The position numbers were made by a program, and so were the translations under genes. Under the pieces are notes generated by a model. The model saw nothing but the letters and a program-made list of their open reading frames with translations. It ran no database searches and was not told the DNA's origin. From an uncultured archaeon (GTDB lineage Archaea; Iainarchaeota; Iainarchaeia; Iainarchaeales; JAAZKV01), in contig CAZKBG010000002.1 in the NCBI GenBank assembly GCA_964551375.1, forward strand, positions 64,962-96,961: a DNA stretch of 32,000 bases, given 5' to 3'. Shown here one piece after another: positions 9,201 to 17,600 of this stretch. The first letter of the stretch is position 1, and the number at the start of each line of letters is the position of its first letter.

Positions 9201-12200
9201 CTATTTGAAGCAACTACAAACAAGCTTGGAGTAGCAACAATACAAATACCAGCATCACTTCCAGGCGAAAGATTAGTTCTTTCAATTGAAAAATCAGAAT
9301 ACGAAACAGTGAGAAAAGATATTGTAATTGCAGAAGATGTAGTAAGCGTAGACCCAACTTCACTAAACTTCACAGTTAACCCGCAGTCAAAACTAACAGA
9401 TATGAAAACAGTGAAAATCACAAACGAAACAGCAATTGACCTTTATATAAAAAGCATAACACTAACAGGAAAACTAAAGGGAGTTCTTGACGAAGCCTCA
9501 ATTTCAGCATGGTTTGAGAACTTTAAAGGAAAGAAAATAAAATCACAAGACTATGAAGAAGTAGTATTCAAAGTAGCAAGCGCAGCAGTAGTTCCAACAG
9601 CAGAAGACCTTGAAGGAACATTTAACATTACACTAATATCACAGGGAAAAGAATGGGTAAAAGAAATCCCTGCAAAAATCAGAGTAGGACTTGGAAAAGA
9701 TGTTGACAACCAATCATGCCTTGAAGTAACAAAAACAATGTGGGACACAACAACAAGAGGAGCGCAGGTTGAAGCATCATTTGAACTAAGAAACAACTGC
9801 ACAGTAAACGGAGCGCCAGTAATTTTGAAAAACATCGGCGCAACAGTATCACAATCAACAACAGTAACAGGCACATTTAATGCGCAGTCAAAGAACATAC
9901 AAGTAGAACTTGGAAGCGCATTTGCAAGAATATTTAAAACATCAATGGACAAGGGGGAGAAAGTTCCAGTAACAATAAAATTCACCCCAATGCCAGGCTC
10001 AGCAGGAATAGCAACAGGCTCAATAATATTTGAAGCGCTGAATAATACTGACTCAAAAGCGCAGAAACTAACTGCTGAAATGAAATACAATATAATTTAC
10101 GAAAACTTGCAGGACTGCGTAGTGCTTGGAGCAGACGAATTAACAATTGAAGAAGAAGGAAGCGGAACATTTACAGTAAACAATAACTGCAAATCAAAAG
10201 TAGATGTTATACTAAGACCACAAGACTTGCAGGGCTCAATAAATAACACTGACTTTAAATTAAACGCAGGAGAAAACAAAGAAGTAACTGTAAAATCATA
10301 CAAAGGGCAAATAGCAGGAGCATACAATGTAGTTCTTGAAGCAAGAAGCACAGGAGCATCACTTGAACCGGTTGCAAATATTAAAGTAATAATAGAGCCA
10401 AAATCAAGCTGCTTTAAACTTACAAGATACGTTTATGATATATTTGACTACGAAGACAGCGTAAATCCATTTGACGGAATAGACAGAGGATACTTAATCA
10501 ACAACTGCGTTACAAAGAATGTAACAGCAAAAGTAACAGGAACTATTCCTTACGACTCATCAGCAATCCTAAAAACAATGCTATGGGGCGGACTAGTAGG
10601 CGGAGTAACAGCATACTTTAAGACAGGAAAATTTTGGCCAGATTCATGGTTCAACAAAAAGGACCCAAAAGTATCCTCAAATATACAAACAGGATACACT
10701 GATGTAGCGCACGCTCAAAGATCTGAACTTACAAGAGTAAGCACAGAAATGCAAACAGCAAAAGAAACAAATTACGGACAAATAGACGCTAAACTAAAGG
10801 CGCTTAAGAAACAAGCCGATGACACTAATGCAAAAGTAGTGAATAGATATAACTTAAATCGCGCAGAATGCGAAAAAATCTCAGCTAACCCTGCTGATGC
10901 TTCAAGAATTGCATGCTTAACAAAAGCAACTTCAATAAAAGCAGACGCTCAAGCAATAATTACAAAACAATACGCTGCCGCTGAAACTGATATTAATGCG
11001 TTAAGAGAAAAATTAAAGAAAGCTGAAGCAGAGTTCTCAACTCAATTAAAAGCTTCAGGCGAAAAGATGGATTCATACACAGAACAGCAGAGATCAAACG
11101 CTTCATTCCAAGTAGGACAAGGAACTATAAACAATGAGAAAGCAAACAGAGAAATGGACGCAACTCTAAGAGCAAATATTTCAAACTTAAGAAACGAAAT
11201 GAACGCAAAGATTGACGCATGGAATGGATACAGAAGCGACTTCATGAACACACTTTACAAGAAATATGAAAAACTTGACTTAAGCGATGTAGAGAAACAG
11301 AAGAATAACAAAATAACAGCTGATGCGGCTAAACCTGAAAAGTACTCATTAACAACTGCAGCGCTTGACGCAGTAACAGTTGACAAAGTAGAAGAGAAAG
11401 AGTTCTCAACAGCTCCAGCAATTACTGCTATTGACACAACAAAATCAGGACCAAGCCAGATAGCATCAAATGGACTTGCATCAACTAATGCTACAACTGT
11501 AACTGCGACTGATGTAATAACATCATCAGATGGATATACTTTGATTAAAGATGATGGAACAAATCCAAGCGCGGCTCCAGCTGATTATCAGCCTATGAAC
11601 AGTTTGACAAGCAATATTGGAAGATATTACAGAAATCCTGAAAGTTTAATAGTCCGCCCAACTGGTAATGATTCTTACACAGTAACAAGAAATGACGGGC
11701 AGTTAATTGGGACTTGGAGTTATAATAATTCAGTTTGGACTGAAACAATTGATTCAAGCACAAATTACTATGATAGTTCATTTAATCACTTAAAGAAAAA
11801 TGCTAAAGTTGACGGCTTTTTCCTGCTTGCAACAAGCGGAACAGGAGCTTCAACAGGAAGCACTTCATCTTCTGGCTCAAACTCAAACCAGTCAAGCGGA
11901 ATGAACGCAATATTAAACGGAGTAATTGGATACGGAGCAGGCTCGGTAATGCCTAACGGACTTGGCGGAGCACTTGCAGGCGCATTAACTACTGGATTTA
12001 TGCAGTGGATGCAGGCGCAAGACACTACAGTAAATTACAAAGACACTTTCGAAATGAACTGGATTGAATTTGTAAGTGCAACACTGGACAGCCCAAGCGG
12101 AGTAAAAATGGATGTGGGCGAAGCAATGTATGATTATGAAACTTACTACGGAACAACAGTAACTGGAAGCACAGTTTCAGAAACTACAAACGCAACATAC

Positions 12201-14513
12201 TCAGGAAACATAAAATACAACGCAGAAGCATTGAATGCTACAGTTGGAACAGTGGAAGAAAGAGAATTGACATTCACAAACAGCGGAAAACTAATCCAGG
12301 AAAAGAAATGGACTCCGTTTGTAGGATTAATGACAGTAAAAGGACAAGAAAAAATATATGATACTACTTACAAATATGATGAGATTAAGGAAAAAGCAAT
12401 AGAAAGAGGAGACTACGAAGAAGAAGACGGGTTCTTTGACAACTTCTTCTCAGGACCAAACAATGTAGGCGAAATAGCGCAAATAGCCGACTCTGATATT
12501 GATGTTAACTCGGTAAGATCATACGAAAAGAAATTCCACTTGCTGTTTGAAGCATGGCAGTACGTTGATTGCGGACCAAGAACATACGCTTGCCCAATAA
12601 AACAAAACGTAAGCTGTGACGTGGATGGAAAGAAAGGAGTAACAGGACCTGAAGGAGTTCCAAGAATATTACTTGACTGGACTTGGGGCGGAGTAGCAAA
12701 GAATGAATGCGACTCGGATGTAAAAAGCACAGGCGACAGATCAGCTTCATACAATTACTGCGACACAACACAATTGACAATTTCAACACTAAAGAAACTA
12801 AGCGAACTAAGGGATTTCTTCTCAAGCCCGACTTACTACTCAAACTTACAGTGCCCAAAAGCAATTGACATAGCAGGAACAAAGACACAAAAATTAAGCG
12901 AAACAGCAATTGATATTGGAATAACAAGCATACAAATGATACCAAATGAAAACGGCGCAACAATAGAAACAATTGTTGAAACAACAAATAATGTTCCAAT
13001 GCAGGCAAAAGTAGCATTCACTTTAACTCGAGCTGACGGCAGCGCAGTTAACGCAAACTGCCCTGAAGAGACAAAAACAATAACAAGCAGCGGCAAATTC
13101 ACTTGCACTGTTACACAAACAGGAACAGGAAGCATTGGAGTAGGAACATTCAATGTAGTTGCAGTCATGACTCCAACAATAGTAGCTGGAGTAGAGGATA
13201 ATGTTGCAAGCAATAATATAATTACAGCTTCACTAATAATGGGAAGCACAGGCGCAGCGCAGTGCCTTGGATACAGCACACAAAAAGAAGTGCTTGAAAA
13301 AGTATTCGCAGCAAGTTCAGCAGGCGGAACAAATGTGCTTGAATCAAAGAAATACCTGCTTGAAGATGTGTCATTTAAAGCAAACTTAATCAGAGACGGA
13401 TTCAGTAAAGACTTCAAGGAAGACTTTGACGCATGGGCAATGCAGATACTTGCATCAGCTCCTGAATACAATAACTTAAGAGAATTATTCTTAAGCGACA
13501 AATTCAGCGTAAAATGGCCAACAAAAGGAAGCTCTCCATGGGACGCAGGCAAGTACGACGCTAAATTAGTTGTAACATTCAAAGACAACTGGAAATGGGA
13601 CTACAATAATATTGAATCAGTAGTTCTTGATTTGTCACCACAGGGCGCTCCAGACCCAGACTTTACAATATACAATGTTCCATTTGACGGAATGATTGGA
13701 ATTAATTCTGATGACGGAAGACAAGGATACGGAGCAGATTACGTTCAAAAAACTGAAGACATATTCCAAATAGCTGAAACTGCTGGAAATGTTGTAGCAC
13801 AGCCAAAAGCAGGAAGCAACGCAGCAACAAGAGTAAATATGTCAGTAATTAAAGGAACAAATGCATTCACATTACTAAACAGCTCTCCAACAAGAGGAAA
13901 TGTATTAAGCATTTATAGAATCGGAGACGATGTTGATTTCACAATCACTCCAAGCCTTGCAGTGCCGGTAATACTTGATATTGAAAGAAAAGCAGAAAGC
14001 GATGCAGCAGCATTCTACACTGCAGAAGTAAACGGACAGCCGCAAGAAACAGGAACAAGCTTTATCTCATGGACTGGAATCGGACAGGGATGCGTTGCAT
14101 TTGACGGAACAAGCATGACACAGTACTATAATACTCCTGATTACAAAGCAAATTCATGCTTCATTGGATATGACGGATACGGACTATGCTGGCCAATGGC
14201 AAAAGTATCAGGAAAATCATCCTTCTACGGACAATTCTTCGCTCCACAGGACACAGTAACAGTTCTAAAAGTTACAGGCTCTAAAGGAACAGCAGGATTT
14301 TACACTACATTTGGAGAAGGCACAACAATACAAGTTGGAACAACAGGCAGCGAAATAAGAACGCTTGAAAAAGTGCTTGCGCTTGTAAAAGAAAAGAAAG
14401 TATGTGTAATCGGCGGAGACTACTACTGGAATAATTCTGAATTCACAGGCGACACTGAGTTCAAATCACAGATGAACGCCCGCGAAAACACATGCATTGA
14501 CAAAAGACCTTAA
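6240..14513 (+). CDS. Giant membrane-anchored surface protein, paralog 2 (2757 aa)
   Basis: Uninterrupted 8.27-kb ORF. The N-terminus has the conserved motif KGIYYSGEEKWYAFWDKVD followed by a hydrophobic anchor (TFALFLIIIFLILLFAGYALLGG). At least 6 CarboxypepD_reg-like repeats (e.g. GTVKVIAKDRDANPLQFAEVQLFDEYDG...VVKKEGYESY). Cys-bracketed Ig-like modules (CLEVTKTMWD...RNNC; CVVLGADELT...NNNC). Two internal Gly-rich hydrophobic segments flank a coiled-coil/Ser-Thr-rich region. The C-terminal module is shared with paralogs 1 and 3. Confidence 0.92.
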   Translation: MGIGESLKGIYYSGEEKWYAFWDKVDAHIPVYKVIDPIDSVIPTFALFLIIIFLILLFAGYALLGGIAPATATLKLSVVDSDGMGVSGATVTVEGVDGEFYSNDFGLIEDLIVPFNSTLEVNAEKGESKTTIPITIDEFEKIAEVVLPVERISFEQKTIRFQSEDGALIQSELRLHYTCSSGVAAPEDVTIYTGSANLAQPANCGTLEVEVTSSKYERARFSVSGPSGVFTLKLLAPVEKGRATVNLKYESRLITEQVTVQAFRADNAFLPVNSATSVNGQVQFELPLGDYKFKSLMQSGYKQKESSVVSITKANSNPVIDLDLQKEIIGVIVVQAKENGAALSGVHMSLTKKLLTRQEPVIDRDTNEGGYVQFEIAEDANYTVTATKDNYCEVSVAVSIGDSRVISMKQNDSTCGYKLIARVIDQDNKPVAHAKAAIFIETAEDIYKMPRAEQVTGYNGDANWNPVRKTNSDEKFKVFAYKASYSGWSEARVFDSLSSSTPFVVKLEIPMGTVKVIAKDRDANPLQFAEVQLFDEYDGTAVSGRKLIENADGSIEFNLKADKRVYAVVKKEGYESYTTLPTMMVAGGTITFDVELFKPPVQEIFVRSLGFFKNGTPVLKVEPSQEYDALFELTAPSTKTYSELGFFVRMGADNMTKTELDKIFIKDVMASGVKSIVTGATYNKPMGYYNTDSKYTNLEESKWAEIKWPMNGYVPGKIIVGVKVKIRPTAQAEERLELGYRAWGKTTSGVYERDLIDDELGTSQSSTTKQELYASTKPDYITVGMETLCDTPESGKSFCITATYTDPDGFTKSFNDSFDTKNNTPYNVSIKIMNNSTVGFDDAKIMVENPEENLYMGTMTAVTPRFSPSEINVNGYATDWIDMPRYVKNSSIEIQSMQLTPQKTGTGTLLVKIREGASMIYEKAFTVNIASDKKLTVRFMKGGVFGDEMPKLVSGKTELLTVKALNTVSGLEVQDAVVKLFDRFGTKLFEATTNKLGVATIQIPASLPGERLVLSIEKSEYETVRKDIVIAEDVVSVDPTSLNFTVNPQSKLTDMKTVKITNETAIDLYIKSITLTGKLKGVLDEASISAWFENFKGKKIKSQDYEEVVFKVASAAVVPTAEDLEGTFNITLISQGKEWVKEIPAKIRVGLGKDVDNQSCLEVTKTMWDTTTRGAQVEASFELRNNCTVNGAPVILKNIGATVSQSTTVTGTFNAQSKNIQVELGSAFARIFKTSMDKGEKVPVTIKFTPMPGSAGIATGSIIFEALNNTDSKAQKLTAEMKYNIIYENLQDCVVLGADELTIEEEGSGTFTVNNNCKSKVDVILRPQDLQGSINNTDFKLNAGENKEVTVKSYKGQIAGAYNVVLEARSTGASLEPVANIKVIIEPKSSCFKLTRYVYDIFDYEDSVNPFDGIDRGYLINNCVTKNVTAKVTGTIPYDSSAILKTMLWGGLVGGVTAYFKTGKFWPDSWFNKKDPKVSSNIQTGYTDVAHAQRSELTRVSTEMQTAKETNYGQIDAKLKALKKQADDTNAKVVNRYNLNRAECEKISANPADASRIACLTKATSIKADAQAIITKQYAAAETDINALREKLKKAEAEFSTQLKASGEKMDSYTEQQRSNASFQVGQGTINNEKANREMDATLRANISNLRNEMNAKIDAWNGYRSDFMNTLYKKYEKLDLSDVEKQKNNKITADAAKPEKYSLTTAALDAVTVDKVEEKEFSTAPAITAIDTTKSGPSQIASNGLASTNATTVTATDVITSSDGYTLIKDDGTNPSAAPADYQPMNSLTSNIGRYYRNPESLIVRPTGNDSYTVTRNDGQLIGTWSYNNSVWTETIDSSTNYYDSSFNHLKKNAKVDGFFLLATSGTGASTGSTSSSGSNSNQSSGMNAILNGVIGYGAGSVMPNGLGGALAGALTTGFMQWMQAQDTTVNYKDTFEMNWIEFVSATLDSPSGVKMDVGEAMYDYETYYGTTVTGSTVSETTNATYSGNIKYNAEALNATVGTVEERELTFTNSGKLIQEKKWTPFVGLMTVKGQEKIYDTTYKYDEIKEKAIERGDYEEEDGFFDNFFSGPNNVGEIAQIADSDIDVNSVRSYEKKFHLLFEAWQYVDCGPRTYACPIKQNVSCDVDGKKGVTGPEGVPRILLDWTWGGVAKNECDSDVKSTGDRSASYNYCDTTQLTISTLKKLSELRDFFSSPTYYSNLQCPKAIDIAGTKTQKLSETAIDIGITSIQMIPNENGATIETIVETTNNVPMQAKVAFTLTRADGSAVNANCPEETKTITSSGKFTCTVTQTGTGSIGVGTFNVVAVMTPTIVAGVEDNVASNNIITASLIMGSTGAAQCLGYSTQKEVLEKVFAASSAGGTNVLESKKYLLEDVSFKANLIRDGFSKDFKEDFDAWAMQILASAPEYNNLRELFLSDKFSVKWPTKGSSPWDAGKYDAKLVVTFKDNWKWDYNNIESVVLDLSPQGAPDPDFTIYNVPFDGMIGINSDDGRQGYGADYVQKTEDIFQIAETAGNVVAQPKAGSNAATRVNMSVIKGTNAFTLLNSSPTRGNVLSIYRIGDDVDFTITPSLAVPVILDIERKAESDAAAFYTAEVNGQPQETGTSFISWTGIGQGCVAFDGTSMTQYYNTPDYKANSCFIGYDGYGLCWPMAKVSGKSSFYGQFFAPQDTVTVLKVTGSKGTAGFYTTFGEGTTIQVGTTGSEIRTLEKVLALVKEKKVCVIGGDYYWNNSEFTGDTEFKSQMNARENTCIDKRP

Positions 14514-14605
14514 TTAATTAAAAGGTTTTTCAAAATTTAACCCTAAAAAATCACAAAATTATTTTTTTGGGCAGTGCAAACAAAGATTTTTGCGCATGAA
14601 TAATG

Positions 14606-14613
14606 TTTAAATA
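14606..14613 (+). promoter_or_regulatory. TATA-like box (TTTAAATA) upstream of giant gene 3
   Basis: Archaeal-type TATA motif 46 nt upstream of the ATG at 14659, within a 145-nt AT-rich spacer after the stop of giant gene 2. Confidence 0.35.
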
Positions 14614-14658
14614 CAACAAAATCGTTCTTTTAATGAAATAACCAAAAAGTGTTGCACC

Positions 14659-17600
14659 ATGGCTGATGGAATAAAGGGAGTTTACTATGCTATTGAAGAT
14701 AAATGGTACGCTTTCTGGGACTCGGTTGACAGAGTTCTTCCAGTAGGCGGAGTAATTGACGCAATTGACACAGTAATTCCAAGCATGATACTTTTTATTT
14801 TAGTAATAATACTATTAATCGCATTTGGCGCATTCTTTTTACTAAGCGCAAACCAAGTATTTGACGCGACATTCACAGTTCAGACATTTGACGGCAGACC
14901 AGTGAATGACACTCTTTTAAGCGTTGAATTAATGGAAAATGGGGAGCTTGTAAAAACATTTGAGCAAAGAACTGATTCAGTTGGAGTTGTTACATTTAAT
15001 GCAATAAAGATGGGGCAGGAACTGATTTTTGATATTAACATAAGCAAAGGAACATTCAGCGGCTCATTTGTTATGGGCGAAGGCGCAATGGATGAAGTAA
15101 TAACGCTTGAAGAAAGAAGAGTGCCGCTAAATCTTTCCCCAGTTGTGAAAAAAATACTTGTAAAAGAATCAAGCGGATTTTTAGCAAGAGAACCTATTTC
15201 ATTAGTTTTTGGATGCGAATCATCAATTGTTCTTCCAAACCCATCAAAAGCAACTTTTTCAGGAACATTTGCAGTTGAAGTAACTGAACCAGTTGGATGC
15301 CGTTTAACTGCGACAGTAAATAATCCAAAGTACAAGCAGAAGACTTATTTAATTCAGTCGACAAATTATGATTTATTCCTTGAGCCAATAGAGCCGGTTG
15401 GAACACAATTAAAAGTAATAATCCGCTCTGCAGGATTTCCTGTAAGCGGAACAAATTTTAAAATAAAAATAACAGGAGACGCTAGTTACGAACTTGCAAC
15501 AACAGGCGAATCACAGGCAAGCGCAAATGTTAACCCCGGAAATTACTTAATCACTGTTACTGACCCAAAAGGAAATTATGGTTTAGTATCCAAAAATGTT
15601 ACTGTCACTTCAACAACAGAAGTTTTGGTGGAAGTATCAAAAACTGTAAAAGCACGGGCTACTATAAAAGTAATTGACAGCGAAACAGGCGTTGCAATTT
15701 CAAACGCAATTGTAAATTTAAGAGATTCATTTGGAAGAGAACTTGCAACTCAATTAACTGATAGCCTTGGATATACAACATACAGCTTTACTGATTTAGG
15801 CGATTATTCATTCATTGCTAAAAGAGCAGGGGACCTTAACGGAGGATACCTTCCAAAGGAATCGAAACAGACAATTTCAACTGATACAAATTTTACAATG
15901 GCGCTTGAGGCAATTACAGAAGAAAATGCAGGGAGAACAATTGTTACTGTGTACGATCAGGACAAAGTTCCAGTAGCAAATGCAAAAGTAATGCTGAAGT
16001 ACAAAGAAAATGACGGGCTTGTTGAACTAATGCAGGAGAAAAATTACGGACTAACTGACGCAAACGGAGAAGTATCACTAATTGCTGGACAGCCTTCCGG
16101 TTCAGTGTACGCTTACGCAATAAAAGGACCGTTTAACGGAGCATCAATGGACAAAAGGCTTGCAGTTGAAGCAATAAACAAATTTAATATCGAAATGGAA
16201 ATAGGAAGCGCAACAGTAAAAATAAACGTGCTTGACGAATCAGGAAACAAACTTGACGCAACAGCAGAAATACACTTAGTAAGCGGAGTGAGCGCTGATG
16301 AACACGGAATAGCTGGACTAATACCTGTTGAAAGCGGATATGCAGCAAGAAGCGTAAAAGCAGGACAAAAAGTATTTGTAAAAGTAATGGCTGAAACATT
16401 CGAAGACTATTACACAGCCCCAATTGATTTATGGCCTGACAGACCATATGACCTTGAAATTGTGATGCTGAAAAATATAGCTGAAGCAAAAATACTTCCA
16501 AAAGGAGTGTATAATGCAGACGGCGCTTTAGTTCAAACAATGGCTGCAGGAAAGAGATATTATGCTAAATTTTACATCTTATCAAACAGCGCATATGCAA
16601 ATGTAAAATTTAATTTCAGAGCGGGAAAAGAATCACTCCTTGAAAATGACATAATGGAAGTTGATGAAGTAGAAGCAAGCGGACTAACTTCACAGGCAAG
16701 AGGAGTAAGCTATGATCCTCAAAAAGGATATGATTTTGACGGAAATATTCTAAACCGAACAGACGGACTCTCAAAATGGGTTGAAATGGAATGGACTTCA
16801 TTTGGAAAAGGACTAAGAGAAGTAAAAGTATGGTTTAGAATAAAAAACACCGCTGCTCCAAACCAAGAACTTCAATTCTTCTACCGTGGAAAGTTTGATA
16901 ACTTAAGAAAACCTGAAAGCACTGCAGCGCTTGACTTTTACGCAGACACTTATTTCTCAGAAAAATTCTACGTTGGAGCAGAAACAATCTGCAAAGAGGG
17001 CTTCTGTGCAAACTCTGAATGGCTGTACTCCACAAAAAGCGAGCTTTACGTTGACGAACCTTACTCAATAAAACAGACAACAAATTACAATTATCACATA
17101 ACTTTACTTAACAATTCCGGAATTGACTACGGAACTTCAAAAAAACCAGTGACTTTGTCAATTTACGTGATGGGCGATGATTCTGACGACAAGAAAATCA
17201 AAATCAAAAGCTATGAAATAAAGGACTCCATTGGAAGGCTTACAAATAACTCCGCAATATACAGCGCTGAGAACTTATCCATTACTTCATTTGAGAAAAG
17301 CTCCACAATTGACATGCTTTTCAGCCTTGAAGGAATAAAACAGGGCGCAGAAGCGCTTAAGTTTGAGTTAAAATCAGAAGGAAAAATAATTTACTCAAAA
17401 GAAACTGACATAAAAGTTGTGAGAGAAAAAGACTTTAATGTTGGAATATCTCCTCAATTCATCCCTGCTTTGATTAACACAATGATAGAAGTTACAATAG
17501 TGGATGAAAAAGGCGAACCGCTTCCAGGCGCAACAGTAAATGTTTATGCAAAAGAGCCAGGATACGCGCAGTACCCGATTGATTCAAAAGAAACCGACAG

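Noticed and set aside
12836-13588. Long antisense ORFs inside the giant genes. Examples: 250 aa at 12836-13588, 221 aa at 17544-18209, 238 aa at 18759-19475, 179 aa at 9551-10090, 170 aa at 12505-13017, and many 60-150 aa ones.
   Set aside because: All lie entirely within much longer sense ORFs that have clear domain content. Their translations are low-complexity Ser/Leu/Phe/Val-rich shadows typical of the antisense frame of A-rich, stop-poor coding sequence. They lack start contexts.
14641-14653. A 13-nt exact match, accaaaaagtgtt, just upstream of the giant gene 3 start (14641-14653) and of the HerA-like gene start (25122-25134). I considered it as a shared regulatory element.
   Set aside because: A 13-mer match is expected several times by chance among all position pairs in a 32-kb AT-rich window. 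The distances to the start codons differ (6 vs 20 nt), and I found no third copy at the other giant genes.
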